Shown: one piece after another, positions 1-10,800 of the stretch
Layout of the letters: every line of letters begins with the position of its first letter
Position numbering within the stretch: the first letter of the stretch is position 1
Assembly (NCBI GenBank): GCA_045657225.1
Contig: JAZOSR010000033.1
Location: 1-56,638 of the forward strand
Reading direction: 5' to 3'
Length of the DNA stretch: 56,638 nt
Origin: Eubacteriales bacterium
GTDB lineage: Bacteria > Bacillota > Clostridia > Oscillospirales > CAG-272
Notes under the pieces: model-generated
Told to the model about the DNA's origin: nothing
The model's database searches: none
What the model saw: the letters and a program-made list of their open reading frames with translations, nothing else
Position numbers and translations under genes: made by a program

Positions 1-248
1 TCTTTTCACGTGGCGTGCCTTGAAAAGTTCACACTTGTCTGCACCACGCCGCACAAAAATCCTTCAAAAATTTTCTCACCGCAGGGTGAGGACAGTTTTA
101 AAAGAATAGATTTTCGAGTAAGACAAGTCGAATTTTTTGAGGAATATATGATATTTAAGAAAAATTCGTCGCAGTATGACCGAAAATATATCTTTTAAAA
201 CCTTATATGTTCGACTCCCTTGCGGCTAAGTACCATTTCGAGAATACC

Positions 249-318
249 CCTCTCCGATCCCCGGTGGTCGCCAATTCCTGGCTCCTCTCCGATCCCCGGT
301 GGTCGCCAATTCTTGGCT
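249..318. repeat. 35-bp tandem duplication (2 copies, 1 mismatch)
   Basis: CCTCTCCGATCCCCGGTGGTCGCCAATTC(C/T)TGGCT at 249-283 and 284-318; abuts the structured element starting at 315. Confidence 0.95.
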
Positions 319-445
319 CCCTCCGGGAGGGAGCTGGCGCCGCAGGCGACTGAGGGAGAGCGCGTTACAATAAACTTAGTCAAGATCCCAAATTGCGCAG
401 GCTCCTTCCACCGCGGGGCGGTCCCCCTCCCTCTCGGAGGGAGGC
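315..445. repeat. REP/REPIN-like four-hairpin inverted doublet, copy 1
   Basis: Hairpins GCTCCCTC-cgg-GAGGGAGC, CGCC-gca-GGCG, ACCGC-ggg-GCGGT and CCTCCCTC-tcg-GAGGGAGG; the two halves are inverted relatives; homologous copy at 49721-49853. Confidence 0.9.
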
Positions 446-790
446 CTTCACGGCACCATCAATATACTCACACACACTCCAAAAATTCGTGTCGATTTGA
501 TGGTTTGTAAATCGTATCACTTTCAAATCGTACCCCTCAAGAATTTCTGTGCGGAATTCATCCTTTTGTGTACCTTCTTCGGTATAATGCTGTGAGCCAT
601 CAATCTCTATTATCAGTTTTGCCTTGTGGCAATAAAAATCCGCTATAAAATTATCTATTGCCTTTTGTCGCTGGAACCTAATTTTATATTTTGCTAAAAA
701 GTCATACCATAAGTGATTTTCTTGCGGCGTTGCATTCTTGCGAAGATTTTTGGCAAGAGTAATATTCTTTTCGTTGTAATCAAGCGACAT
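380..790 (-). CDS. DUF559 / Vsr-like PD-(D/E)XK endonuclease domain protein
   Basis: AKNLRKNATPQENHLW, FQRQKAIDNFIADFYC, LIIEIDGSQH and KVIRFTN motifs typical of DUF559; GAAGGA RBS-like sequence upstream; last 21 codons encoded by the repeat. Confidence 0.85.
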   Translation of the reverse strand: MSLDYNEKNITLAKNLRKNATPQENHLWYDFLAKYKIRFQRQKAIDNFIADFYCHKAKLIIEIDGSQHYTEEGTQKDEFRTEILEGYDLKVIRFTNHQIDTNFWSVCEYIDGAVKASLREGGGPPRGGRSLRNLGS

Positions 791-827
791 ATATAATCCT
801 TCAAAAATTTATTACTTCTATAATAAG

Positions 828-867
828 ACAAATCTGCAGAGGAAACAATCCCTCTGCAGAAATTTGT
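828..867. repeat. Long hairpin with AAACAAT loop (second end of the DUF559 element)
   Basis: ACAAATCTGCAGAGG-aaacaatc-CCTCTGCAGAAATTTGT; homolog at 49876-49916. Confidence 0.8.
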
Positions 868-999
868 GAATAGACTTGTAAGCATTCACACATTTGCAGT
901 TTTTGTGCTTTCTAATTCTCCATCAAGAACAACATGTCAAATCCGTATCGTCTTTTTGCTATCATTTAACAACCGCAAAATTCGCTCCAAGTTCTTTTA

Positions 1000-1953
1000 T
1001 TATATCGTTTCGCCCTCATGAAAGGCGGTCGGCAGCACGACCACCTCGGGTGCGTGTTTTTTGCCGCGCAAGCGCGTGCGGAGCAAGCGAACGATCGTTT
1101 CCGCGACCTCATCGATCCCCGAGGGGATACACGCAACGTCAAGTGTTGGGTACAAGGGTGAGGGGTCGCTGTCCATCGAAATGACAGCCACGTCACGCGG
1201 CACTAAGGCACCGCGCGCCTCAAGTGCCGAAAGGATCCCTCTCGTAATATAACCGTAAGCGCCGATGATCGCCGTCGGTCGCTCGGGGAGCGCCCACAGG
1301 CGCGCCACACCGTCCGCCCCTGCCGCCTCAAAGCGCTCGCGAGAGCAGATCTCATATTCCTTGGGCATCGAAATGCCGCGCGTCGCAAGAAGCTCACGCA
1401 TGATCTCGCGCTTTTTTCCGGTGAACGCTTCACCCACGTAGGCAATGCGGCGGTGTCCTTTTTTGATCAGCGCGTCAATCGCCAAGGAAAGCCCCTCCTT
1501 CAGCGAGGTTTCGACCGAAACGTCGGCGCACGCGCAGCCTCTGCCGATCGAAACGAGCAGGGTGGAGGGTGCGCTCACCCCTTTAGGGAACGAGCCGAAA
1601 ATCACAAGCGCATCTACCTTGCTATATTCGGTATAGTAGCGCACCAGCTCCGCCTTCATCTCGTCATCAAAATTACTGATCGAAAGGAGCATGGTACAGC
1701 CGCTTTCCTCAATACCGCGCTTGAGGGCTTGCATGTAATGCACGTAATATTCACTGATCACCTCGGGGATCATGACGGCAACCACGGGTCTATCGTAGGG
1801 CGCGTGATAAAACTGTTGAAAGCACCCGTTCGCTCTTGCCACGGCAAACACGTGCTCGCGCATGGCGTCACTGACGTCCGCACTGCCCGAAAACGCCTTG
1901 GAAGCCACCGAAACCGATACGCTTGCCAGCTGCGCCAGCTTTTTCAGTGTCAT
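1000..1953 (-). CDS. LacI-family transcriptional regulator
   Basis: N-terminal HTH MTLKKLAQLASVSVSVASKAF; periplasmic-binding-like domain with GHRRIAYVG, PTAII and VPRDVAVIS. Confidence 0.9.
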   Translation of the reverse strand: MTLKKLAQLASVSVSVASKAFSGSADVSDAMREHVFAVARANGCFQQFYHAPYDRPVVAVMIPEVISEYYVHYMQALKRGIEESGCTMLLSISNFDDEMKAELVRYYTEYSKVDALVIFGSFPKGVSAPSTLLVSIGRGCACADVSVETSLKEGLSLAIDALIKKGHRRIAYVGEAFTGKKREIMRELLATRGISMPKEYEICSRERFEAAGADGVARLWALPERPTAIIGAYGYITRGILSALEARGALVPRDVAVISMDSDPSPLYPTLDVACIPSGIDEVAETIVRLLRTRLRGKKHAPEVVVLPTAFHEGETI

Positions 1954-1982
1954 ATCGTCACCCCCGTTTCAAAGTCGCTTTC

Positions 1983-2011
1983 ATTATACTCTATCCCACC
2001 CCGTCGGTCAA
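1983..2011 (-). promoter_or_regulatory. sigma-A promoter for lacI-like gene
   Basis: Minus strand TTGACC-17 bp-TATAAT, 30 bp upstream of the start codon. Confidence 0.7.
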
Positions 2012-2048
2012 GTAGAAAAAAGCAGAAATTTTTTCGGAGCAAAAGCAA

Positions 2049-2077
2049 TTGACACAAGAAGGGTTTGCGTATACAAT
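2049..2077 (+). promoter_or_regulatory. sigma-A promoter for MFS-GH39 operon
   Basis: TTGACA-17 bp-TACAAT. Confidence 0.7.
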
Positions 2078-2107
2078 ATACATATTACATAAAAAGGACG
2101 ACTTCAC

Positions 2108-3394
2108 ATGAACCAAACAAACGACATCGAACACGCAAGACGCCGCAGCCGAGGTATGTACATCGCCGAGGCGGCAGTCGAATATTTCATTTCGCTTTGT
2201 GTCACCTCTACGTTTTTGACCATACTCCTCAACGAAATGGAGGTTTCCACCGCCTATCAGGGCATTATCTCCTCGCTTGCCTCGCTTGCCTGCGTCGTGC
2301 AGCTTTTCTCGATCTTTGGCGTGAGGCGCGCCTACCCCTGCAAGCGCTGGGTGTGCACTCTCAATCTTCTCAACCAGCTCTTGTTTTGCTTCCTTTATAT
2401 CATGCCCTTTACCCCGTGGCGACCGCAGTTAAAGCTCGTTGCCTTCATCGGCATGCTGCTGCTTGCCTATTTCTGTCAGCACTTTATCACGCCCCACCGC
2501 ACGCAGTGGCACATGGAAAACGTTGACGACAACAAGCGCGGGCTTTTCACTGCCAATAAGGAGATCGTTTCGCTCATCGGCGGCATGATCTTCTCGCAAT
2601 GCGCCGCGTGGATGGTGGAGTATTTCCAAGGCAAGGGCGACATGAGGACCGCCTTTATCATTTTCGCAATTTCAATTGCGATCATGGCACTTATTCACCT
2701 CGGCTTGATGATCGGCATCAGCGAGCAAAAGCCGAAAAAAGAGATCGCCCCCAAAAAATTCGGCGAGATACTCTCACTCATCCTCGGCACCAAGCAGCTG
2801 CGCCTTGTGATACTTTTTGACATTCTCTTTGCCATCTCCCTCGTACCGGGGCACTTCGGCTCGGTATATCTCTTGCGCACGCTTGAATTCTCCCCCGTGC
2901 TCGTCACCGTCATTGCGGCAGTCGGCTCGGCGTTCCGCGCGATCGTGTCGCGCTTCCTCGGTCGTTATGCCGACAAGCACTCGTGGGTGGCGCTGATGCG
3001 CCTTTGCATGCTCGTGTCCGCCGCGGGTTACTTCTTCTTTGCCCTCTGCGCACCCGGCGTGGCTTCCTTGTTCCTTTACCCCATGTATATGCTCTGCCAC
3101 TCCTTCTCAATGGGCGGCACCAACTCGGCACGCACCAACCTTTGCCTTGACTACGTGTCGCACGAGGATCGCCGCTACGTTCTCGGTGTCAAAAACGCGA
3201 TCGCAGGTCTTGCCGATTTTGGCGTGACGCTCCTTGTTTCGCTCTTCGTTGACATCATCGAGCAAAACGGCAACAAAATTTTTGGTATGACGATCTATCC
3301 CCAGCAGCTTTTCTTTGCGGCAAACGCCGTGCTGCTCCTTTGCCTTACGTTCCTGTTCCTCCCCCACCTCAAAAAGAAAAACACCACAACATAA
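2108..3394 (+). CDS. MFS transporter (probable sugar/oligosaccharide uptake)
   Basis: 428 aa, about 12 hydrophobic segments, motif-A-like FLGRYADKHSW; AAGGA RBS; next to GH and LacI genes. Confidence 0.8.
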   Translation: MNQTNDIEHARRRSRGMYIAEAAVEYFISLCVTSTFLTILLNEMEVSTAYQGIISSLASLACVVQLFSIFGVRRAYPCKRWVCTLNLLNQLLFCFLYIMPFTPWRPQLKLVAFIGMLLLAYFCQHFITPHRTQWHMENVDDNKRGLFTANKEIVSLIGGMIFSQCAAWMVEYFQGKGDMRTAFIIFAISIAIMALIHLGLMIGISEQKPKKEIAPKKFGEILSLILGTKQLRLVILFDILFAISLVPGHFGSVYLLRTLEFSPVLVTVIAAVGSAFRAIVSRFLGRYADKHSWVALMRLCMLVSAAGYFFFALCAPGVASLFLYPMYMLCHSFSMGGTNSARTNLCLDYVSHEDRRYVLGVKNAIAGLADFGVTLLVSLFVDIIEQNGNKIFGMTIYPQQLFFAANAVLLLCLTFLFLPHLKKKNTTT

Positions 3395-3407
3395 AAGGAG
3401 AATGCAC

Positions 3408-4760
3408 ATGATCAACATTTCTGCGGACTTTTCAATCACCAACGGGCGCGTAAAGCCCATGCACGCCGTCAACAACGGCCCCGCGGGCTCCGAGGTGCGC
3501 CGGGTATCGAACTTCCCTGCCTTCCGTGAGGCAGGCATCCCCTTCGCGCGCACGCACGACGCCTCCTTTTTTTCGGGCTACGGCGGCGAATACACGGTTG
3601 ACGTGCACCGCATCTTCCGCGACTTTGACGCCGACGAAAACGACCCTGCCTCCTACGATTTCCGCGCCACCGATGCTTACATGAAGGATATTTTCTCAGT
3701 CGGCACCGAGCCCTTTTACCGCCTTGGCGCCTCGATCGAGCACGGCATCAAAAAGGGCACCTATCCGCCTGCGGATTTCGCCAAATGGGCAAGGATCTGC
3801 GAGCATATCATCCGCCACTACACCGAGGGTTGGGCTGACGGCTTTTTCTACAAGATCACCTATTGGGAGGTCTGGAACGAGCCCGATTGCACCAACGCCG
3901 ACGGCTCTCACCCCTGCTTCCAGGGTCCCTTAACGCTCTTCGCGGAGCTCTTTGACGTTGCCGTCAAGCACCTGAAGGCGTGCTTCCCGCACCTAAAGAT
4001 CGGCGGTCCTGCGCTTGCCAGCGTTTCCAAGGGTGAGCGCCTTGACACCATCTTTTCCGAAATGCAAAAGCGCGGCACACCCATTGACTTTTTCTCCTTC
4101 CACGTGTATGGCGAAACCATCACGAAGATCGGCGATCGAATCAACCGCGCACGCGAGTGGATGGTCAAATACGGCTACGGGGACTGCGAGCTGATCCTCA
4201 ACGAATGGAACTATATCAAGGGCTGGCTCGGTGAGGATTGGCGCCTTTCTCTGAAGCGTGAGCAGTCGCTCTTCGGCGCCGCATTCATTGCCGCCACCAT
4301 GGAGCTTTCCCAGCAATCTCCGCTTGATATGCTGATGTACTACGACGCGCGCCCCTGCGGCATGAACGGCATGTTTGCCAGCTACACCTACGAGCCCCTC
4401 AAGGGCTACTACCCCTTCCTCATGTTCAACGAGCTTTACCGCCAGGGCACTGCAGTAAACGCCGCGGATGACCGCGAAAACGGTATCTTTGCCACCGCCG
4501 CCAAGGACTGTAAGGGCAACGCCGCCATGATGCTCACCTACTTCCCCGAGGATGAGAACGACACGCCGACAAGAGAGGTGAAGGTCAATTTCAGCAATGT
4601 GAAGAACGAAAAGGGCGTGCGCCTTTCCTACTACCTGCTTGACGAGGAGCACGACGCCACGCTCGTGCGTGAGGAGGTCTTCACGGCAAGCGAGATCGCC
4701 GCTTACCTCAAAATGACACCCTATTCCACGTATCTCTTGAAGATCACCCCCTGTAATTAA
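3408..4760 (+). CDS. GH39-like (clan GH-A) glycoside hydrolase
   Basis: YWEVWNEPD acid/base motif, LKIGGPA, DFFSFHVY and ILNEWNY nucleophile motif; start moved to ATG 3408 after AGGAG. Confidence 0.8.
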   Translation: MINISADFSITNGRVKPMHAVNNGPAGSEVRRVSNFPAFREAGIPFARTHDASFFSGYGGEYTVDVHRIFRDFDADENDPASYDFRATDAYMKDIFSVGTEPFYRLGASIEHGIKKGTYPPADFAKWARICEHIIRHYTEGWADGFFYKITYWEVWNEPDCTNADGSHPCFQGPLTLFAELFDVAVKHLKACFPHLKIGGPALASVSKGERLDTIFSEMQKRGTPIDFFSFHVYGETITKIGDRINRAREWMVKYGYGDCELILNEWNYIKGWLGEDWRLSLKREQSLFGAAFIAATMELSQQSPLDMLMYYDARPCGMNGMFASYTYEPLKGYYPFLMFNELYRQGTAVNAADDRENGIFATAAKDCKGNAAMMLTYFPEDENDTPTREVKVNFSNVKNEKGVRLSYYLLDEEHDATLVREEVFTASEIAAYLKMTPYSTYLLKITPCN

Positions 4761-4769
4761 GCTTTTAGT

Positions 4770-4804
4770 AAAGTCGCCCCGAAACGATCGGGGCGGCTTT
4801 TTTT
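4770..4804 (+). terminator. Intrinsic terminator of MFS-GH39 operon
   Basis: AAAGTCGCCCCGA..TCGGGGCGGCTTT stem followed by a T-tract. Confidence 0.8.
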
Positions 4805-4812
4805 GTTGTAAT

Positions 4813-4844
4813 AAAAAACGGGCACAGCCGAAGCTGTGCCCGTT
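4813..4844 (-). terminator. Intrinsic terminator of the giant surface protein gene
   Basis: AACGGGCACAGC-cgaa-GCTGTGCCCGTT with a preceding A-tract (U-tract on the minus strand). Confidence 0.8.
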
Positions 4845-4859
4845 CTTTGTTATGTGCGA

Positions 4860-7800
4860 TTATTTTTTATCCTTTTCGGGAAGGAATGCCGCGCGCATTT
4901 CCTCAGGCAGGCTCATGAGAAGCATGGTCTGCATTCTGGGTGCAATGCGTCTGAAGCCGACAGTCTGCTCTGCGATAAGATAGCAGTAAACTCTGCCGTC
5001 CGCGGTCTTTTGTGCCATTTCGCTGATATCGCTAAGACAATTTCTCACGGCGATCTGATAGGTCATGTTGGCAAGACCCGTACCCGTCGTACCGTAATAG
5101 TAGGTCTTAGTACCGTTAGCGGCAGTCACCAAAACGTAAGGAATACCCGTAAAGGAGCGTGCCTCGTTTTCCTTCTTGATATTGACAAGAGAAGCACTGA
5201 AGCTAACACTGCCGTCCTCGGCAGTCACCAATCCGTTTTGCGCCGCAACGTCAACGAACACCTGCGATTCCTGCTTACCCTTCGCTGTCGCCGCGCTCTT
5301 CAGAGCCGCGTGAATATCGGTGCAGTTGTACCACTTGGGCAAGTATTCGGTCGGGAAGATCAAGGTACCGTAGGAAAGGGTTCCCTTTGCCGAAAGGGCT
5401 TGCAGGTTCGCCGCAGTGATAGAAGCGCTCCAACGAATGCCGAAGCCGTCGTAGTTGGGACGCAGCTGCGCGGTCGTTACCGTCAAAACATCGTTCTCGG
5501 TAGCGAAGCCTGCCTGCACGTAATATTGCTTGCCATCACCGTCCCAGGTTTCCTTAAACACGGTGGGCAGGAAGTTAAGCGAGCCGTTTACGATATTATC
5601 GTAATCACGGTAGAGGTATTCCTTTTGCTCGGTCGTGTAGACCTTATAATTGCCGGTAAAGATCACCTCCGCGAAGGGATTCATCTTGAGGAACGTCTGC
5701 GTGCTGCCCTTGCGCTGGTCAACGAACACACCGCCCGCGATCTTCACGTGAGATTCGGTCTTTGCCGCAACGTTCAAAAGCGCGTGGTCGGCAGCCTTAT
5801 TATTCACGTTTTCAAAGACAAATTCGCCGCCCGTAATGGTCAGCCAGCCGCTATTGTTGTCTTTCACGTAGAAGAGGTTAGAGGACTTGGTTGCAACAAA
5901 CGTACCGCCCTCGATCGTCAGATTCGCCTTGCAATTTACCATGTAGAACAAGCGAGCCTTGCTACCCGTAAAGGTACCGCCCTTAATGGTAAAGGTCGAT
6001 GTCGCATGCGGAGAGGAGTATCTGAGGAAGCCGGACGTATCGCTTGCCTCAAAGGTACCGCCCGTGATCAGGAACGTGCCGGGCTTTGCCTCTGCGCCGT
6101 TGGTAATATTGAACATATCGCCGGTTTCGCAAAGCTTGAAAACGCCGTCGGAAATGGTTACGTTAGGCGAACCGCCCTTGTTATTGATATTGAAGATGTG
6201 ATTGGAGGATTCAAACAAGCCACCCGTGATGTTAAATTCACCGCCGGTCGAGTAGAACATTGTCATCTGTGCATTCATGGGAACGATGAAGTGACCGCCC
6301 GAAATATTCATCGTACCGCTTGCCACCTGGATCATCGGCTTGCTGGTATCGTTCAAATCGTAATCGGGATTGCGGAAGGTCGCGTCACCCGAAATATTGA
6401 CCGTAGCGCCGGTCGCGCTTCCGTCAAAGCAGATCTGACGCGCGCCGCCCTCGACGATACCGCCGCTGATGTTGACCACCGTGGTAGGCTTGCGTACCGA
6501 GAAGCCGATATAGGCGTGCGTGTTATAAAGCATCGTACCGCCCGTCATCGTCAGCGTCAGGTTATTGGCATTCAGGTCGATAAAGCGGATGTAGTTTTTG
6601 AAGGTCGTATTCATCGCGAGCATACCGCCGTTGATATGCAGCTGTGAATTTTGCTTGGTGATATTCGCAAACATTGCACCGGTAAAGTTGATATCGTTAA
6701 CGATAATAACAAGACCCTCTTGCCCATAGTTAATACCCACAACGTGCGTTGCCTTACGCTTTTGCGTAAACTCATCGGCGTATTTATCGTAGGTACCCTC
6801 GCCGTTTGCATTAAATTTACCGCCGTTGATTTCGGCAGTAGCGCCTTCCTCAAGCGTGAAGTTGGCAAAGAGGATCGCGCCGTAGCCCGCCTTTGCCTTT
6901 ACGTATTCCGTGATATTTCCGTTAGCCTTGGTAGGCTCAACCGCTTCAACGGAGCCGGCAACCCACGGATTGGCATTGTAGGAGAAGACACCGCCGTTGA
7001 TGGTAAGGCCCTTACTCGTGCCGTTCAGCTCAAGAATGTGCTTGTAGTCCTGTGCGGTATTGTGCTGGAACTCACCGCCGTTAACGGTCAGGCTCCAGCT
7101 CGTATTAAGGATCACGGTAGAGGTCAGCGCGCCTGCCTCAAAGTGACCGCCGTTGATCGTAAGATTATAAACAGCACCCTCGCACGCCTTGGCAAGAATC
7201 GCGCCGTTGCTTTTCGAAAGAGGCTTAAACACACCGCTGTCAGCTTCGCCCCGTGTACCGATCGTGACCGTATTGTTACCGCCGTTCAGGTAGATCGGCA
7301 CGCCGTTCGTGGACGTCGCGGACGTGTTCTTCAGATTGATCTTGCGCTCCGCGTTTTCGTCGCTTGCCGTTACGTAAATGCCGTGGTCCTCAGTAACAAA
7401 GACACAATCGGTCAGGTTCACGGTAACGGAGCCCGTATTCTTGATCATAATACCGTGTTTCGGTCCCGTAAAGATCACGCCGGTTGCGTTCAGCGTACCC
7501 TTGGCAACAATCGCAACAGCATCGTTTTGCGAGCTGTATTCGCCTGCGGTCAACGTAAGCGTTGCGTTCGGGTGATTGAGGAAGATGCTGGGAATACCCG
7601 TACCAACGTAGGTCAGGTCGTTCTTGAACCTGCCGTTGTACTGCGCGAGCTGCTCATTGATCATCTCAGCGAAAAGCGCCGTATCATCGGGGCCAAGCGT
7701 CAGGTTTTGTGCCGTCTTGATCTCAAGCGTGGAGGAATTAACGTGAACCGTAATATTCTTGAAATCGTACTCGGAATAATCGGGAATTCCCGCGTTTTGG

Positions 7801-10800
7801 TTGATCGAGAAGCTACCCGTAATTGCATCGATCTCAATGGTCGCCGTATCAAGCTTGTTGAAGTACAGCGCGTCCATGCCTGCGGTAGCAAGGTCGCCGC
7901 CGTTAATGGTCAGCTGCACCTTGGAGGTGCCCTCTGCCTTGATGAGGTTCTCCGCAAAGGCAGTGATACCGCCCGTAGCAGAAATATTCAGGGTAGCCTC
8001 GCCCTTTGTGTTGAAGGAAGACAATCCAGCACGATATGTACCACCCTTAATTTGCACGGTGGTGACCGCCGTCTTATCCAAAACCGATATCAACGTTCCC
8101 GACACGTTTACGTTATTACCCTCGCCAAGCGTAAGCACGTTGATCTTGCCCGCACTGCCCTGAAGCGTCATCAGCTCCTTGGGAAGCGTCGTGTCGTTTT
8201 TGTCGTTATACATTTTGTTAAGGGTAAGACCGGAGAGGGAAATCTCCTCAAGCACGGAATTGTTCGCCACGAACAGACGCATACCAAAGAATGTGCCGCC
8301 CGTAATCTTGAGCTTGTTCGTACCCGTTTTGACGTTCTTGAAGTAAATGACAGGCATTGACTTGGAGCCAACGAAATTACCGCCGTCAATATTCACTCTG
8401 ACGTTAGAGGCTCCATCGGAATAGATCGGAGATTTTGCAGAGTCGCCTACAATATACGTACCGTCCTTGACCGTCAGCACGCTGCCGGAATTCACAAGGA
8501 TCAAATATTCCTTGCCCGTATTCTTAATGGTAGCGTCGCCGTCAATGGTTACTCTTGCCTTGTTGAGCACAATGGCACTGCCCGCGGACGTAATATAAGC
8601 TGCCTTCACAGTCAGGCTCGACACAGAGCCCTCCTCAAAGACGAAGGCATTCTTCGGATTGGCATTGGTGCTATCCGCAGGCTTGGCTCTGTTAAATTCA
8701 ATATTCGCCACCACGATCTCGGTCGTGCCGGAAAGCTGCTTTACCAAGCAATTAGCATAATACTTACCGCCGCTGATGTTCAGGCTACCGCCCTCCATCT
8801 CAACGATCGTACCGCCGGGAATCTGATACGTGCCCGCCAAAATATTGAGGGTGCCCTTGATGATCTTAAAGACGTATTGACCCGTTATAACGTAAGTGCC
8901 GCGCTCGATCGTGACCACGGACTCGTCGTTGTCAATAATCAGGTTGATCCACTTCACACCCGCGTCCATCTTCATGTTCTCGGGCAGCGTTCCCTTGATC
9001 GCCGCGATCAGCTGTGCGGAGGTGGTGACGGATGCCACGAACTTATTTTGCATGTGCAATACAGCTTGATTTTTAATGGTAATGGTAGCATTTGCGTAAA
9101 GATCGCCAAACGGCACGTTCGCATAATTACCTGCGCTGATCTTCACATCCTCACCGATCGTCACGTTATCGGTCTTACCCGACAGGAAGGTGCTACCCTC
9201 ACCCGTCAGGGCAAAGGAGGCGTCCTGAATACTCAAAACACCGTTATCACCCACGACAAACGCCGATTTGGTGCCAAGGGTATATTTGCCCGCGGTAAAG
9301 ACCGCCTCACCCTGCGATACCTTCACGAGATATTCGGTGAACACCTCAAGCGGAACATTGAGATTATAGATCACCTTTACGCCGGGGGCGTTGATGTGGA
9401 GCGAGAACCAACCCGTTGCGGGGTATTCAAAGTTAGCGGAGCCGGAGGTAGAAAGGATCGCCGCAAAATCAGCAAGCGTATTGATGACGTACTCGCCGGG
9501 CTGCGTTACCTCAAAGTAGCCACTATTCTTAATCACGACCTTGGTCGCACGGGAGAAATCAACAAGCTCGATAAAGTTATCGACCGTGAAGCTACCGCCC
9601 GTGACCGAAGCGCCGGCGGCGTTACCGCCAAACACGTAGGATTGCGTACCCGTCAGCGTAAATTCACCGCCCGAGATAACAGCCGTTACACCGTCACCGA
9701 GCATAAATACGTTTTCGGGATTCGTAAACGTGCCGCCCGACACCGTTGCCGAGGAGCCCGTCGGCAATACGAATACAGTCTTTGCGGTTTCAAAGGTACC
9801 GCCCGTGACGGTAACGGTTGCTTTTGCCGTTCCGCCAAGCGCGAGCATATCATTGGTAGTCTTAATTTTACCGCCCGAAACGTTCAGCGTCACGGTTGCC
9901 GCCTCGGTCTTAAAGAGGGTCGCCGCATTGACCGTACCGCCCTCAACAGAAAGGGTTACTGCCTTTTCGGTAGCGATCAGCTCGGCAGGCGCCTTCAGCG
10001 TACCGTTCTTCACCGTGAGAGAAATGGTGGCTGTGCTCGTATTGGAAATAAAGCTTGTGCTTGCCGTGCAGGTGCCGCCGTCGATCGTCAGATCAAAGCT
10101 GCCCGTTCCCTTCGCCATAAACAAATGAGGAGCGGAATAAGAGCCGCCCGCAATGCTCATCGTAACAACGGCGGTCTGTTCGATCTCCACCATACCGTAG
10201 CTGGTGCTTGTATTGTTCCACTTCACGTTTTCAAACGTGCAGTCGTAGTAAAGCGAGCCGTCTTTGTTCGTAAAGACGATACCGCGGTAGGAGTTAATGG
10301 TTGCGTTCTTTAAAACAAATGTAAAGGGCGTCTGTGCCGTGCTACCCGACGTTTGACGGAGCAGGAACACGGGCATACCGGTTCTTTTGCTGGTAAAGCT
10401 GCCGCCCGTAATGTTCAGATTTATTGCGCCGTAGGCATAAACAACGCCTTCACCCGCCTCCGTGTGGAACGTGCCCTTGGAGATCGCAAGCTCGGTCTTG
10501 GAATTTGCCACGGAATAAACAACCGCGTAAGTACCGTTAAAGCTACCGCCGTTGATCGTAATATTGGCTTTTGCCGCGTCCTCGATCTGGATCACGCGCG
10601 TGCCGTTAAACGTACCGTCGGCAATCAAAACGGTTGCGGTCGAGCTCTTGTCGATTTGAATGACGTATTCACCCTTAAACGTGCCCTTCTCGATCTCAAT
10701 GGTCGCGGTCGAGCCCTGGTTACAGTGGAAAACATTTTTGTTGCTCTCAAACACGCCGTCCACGATCTTAACACCGCCGTTGATAATGTCAATGACGTCT

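Noticed and set aside
209-235. GTTCGACTCCC...ACCA resembling a tRNA 3' end or att site
   Set aside because: No T-stem pairing, and the spacing to CCA is 3 nt too long; no cloverleaf upstream.
10-510. Short ORFs 10-198, 195-383 and 220-510
   Set aside because: No recognisable motifs; 195-383 and 220-510 are read-throughs of the tandem duplication and hairpin element.
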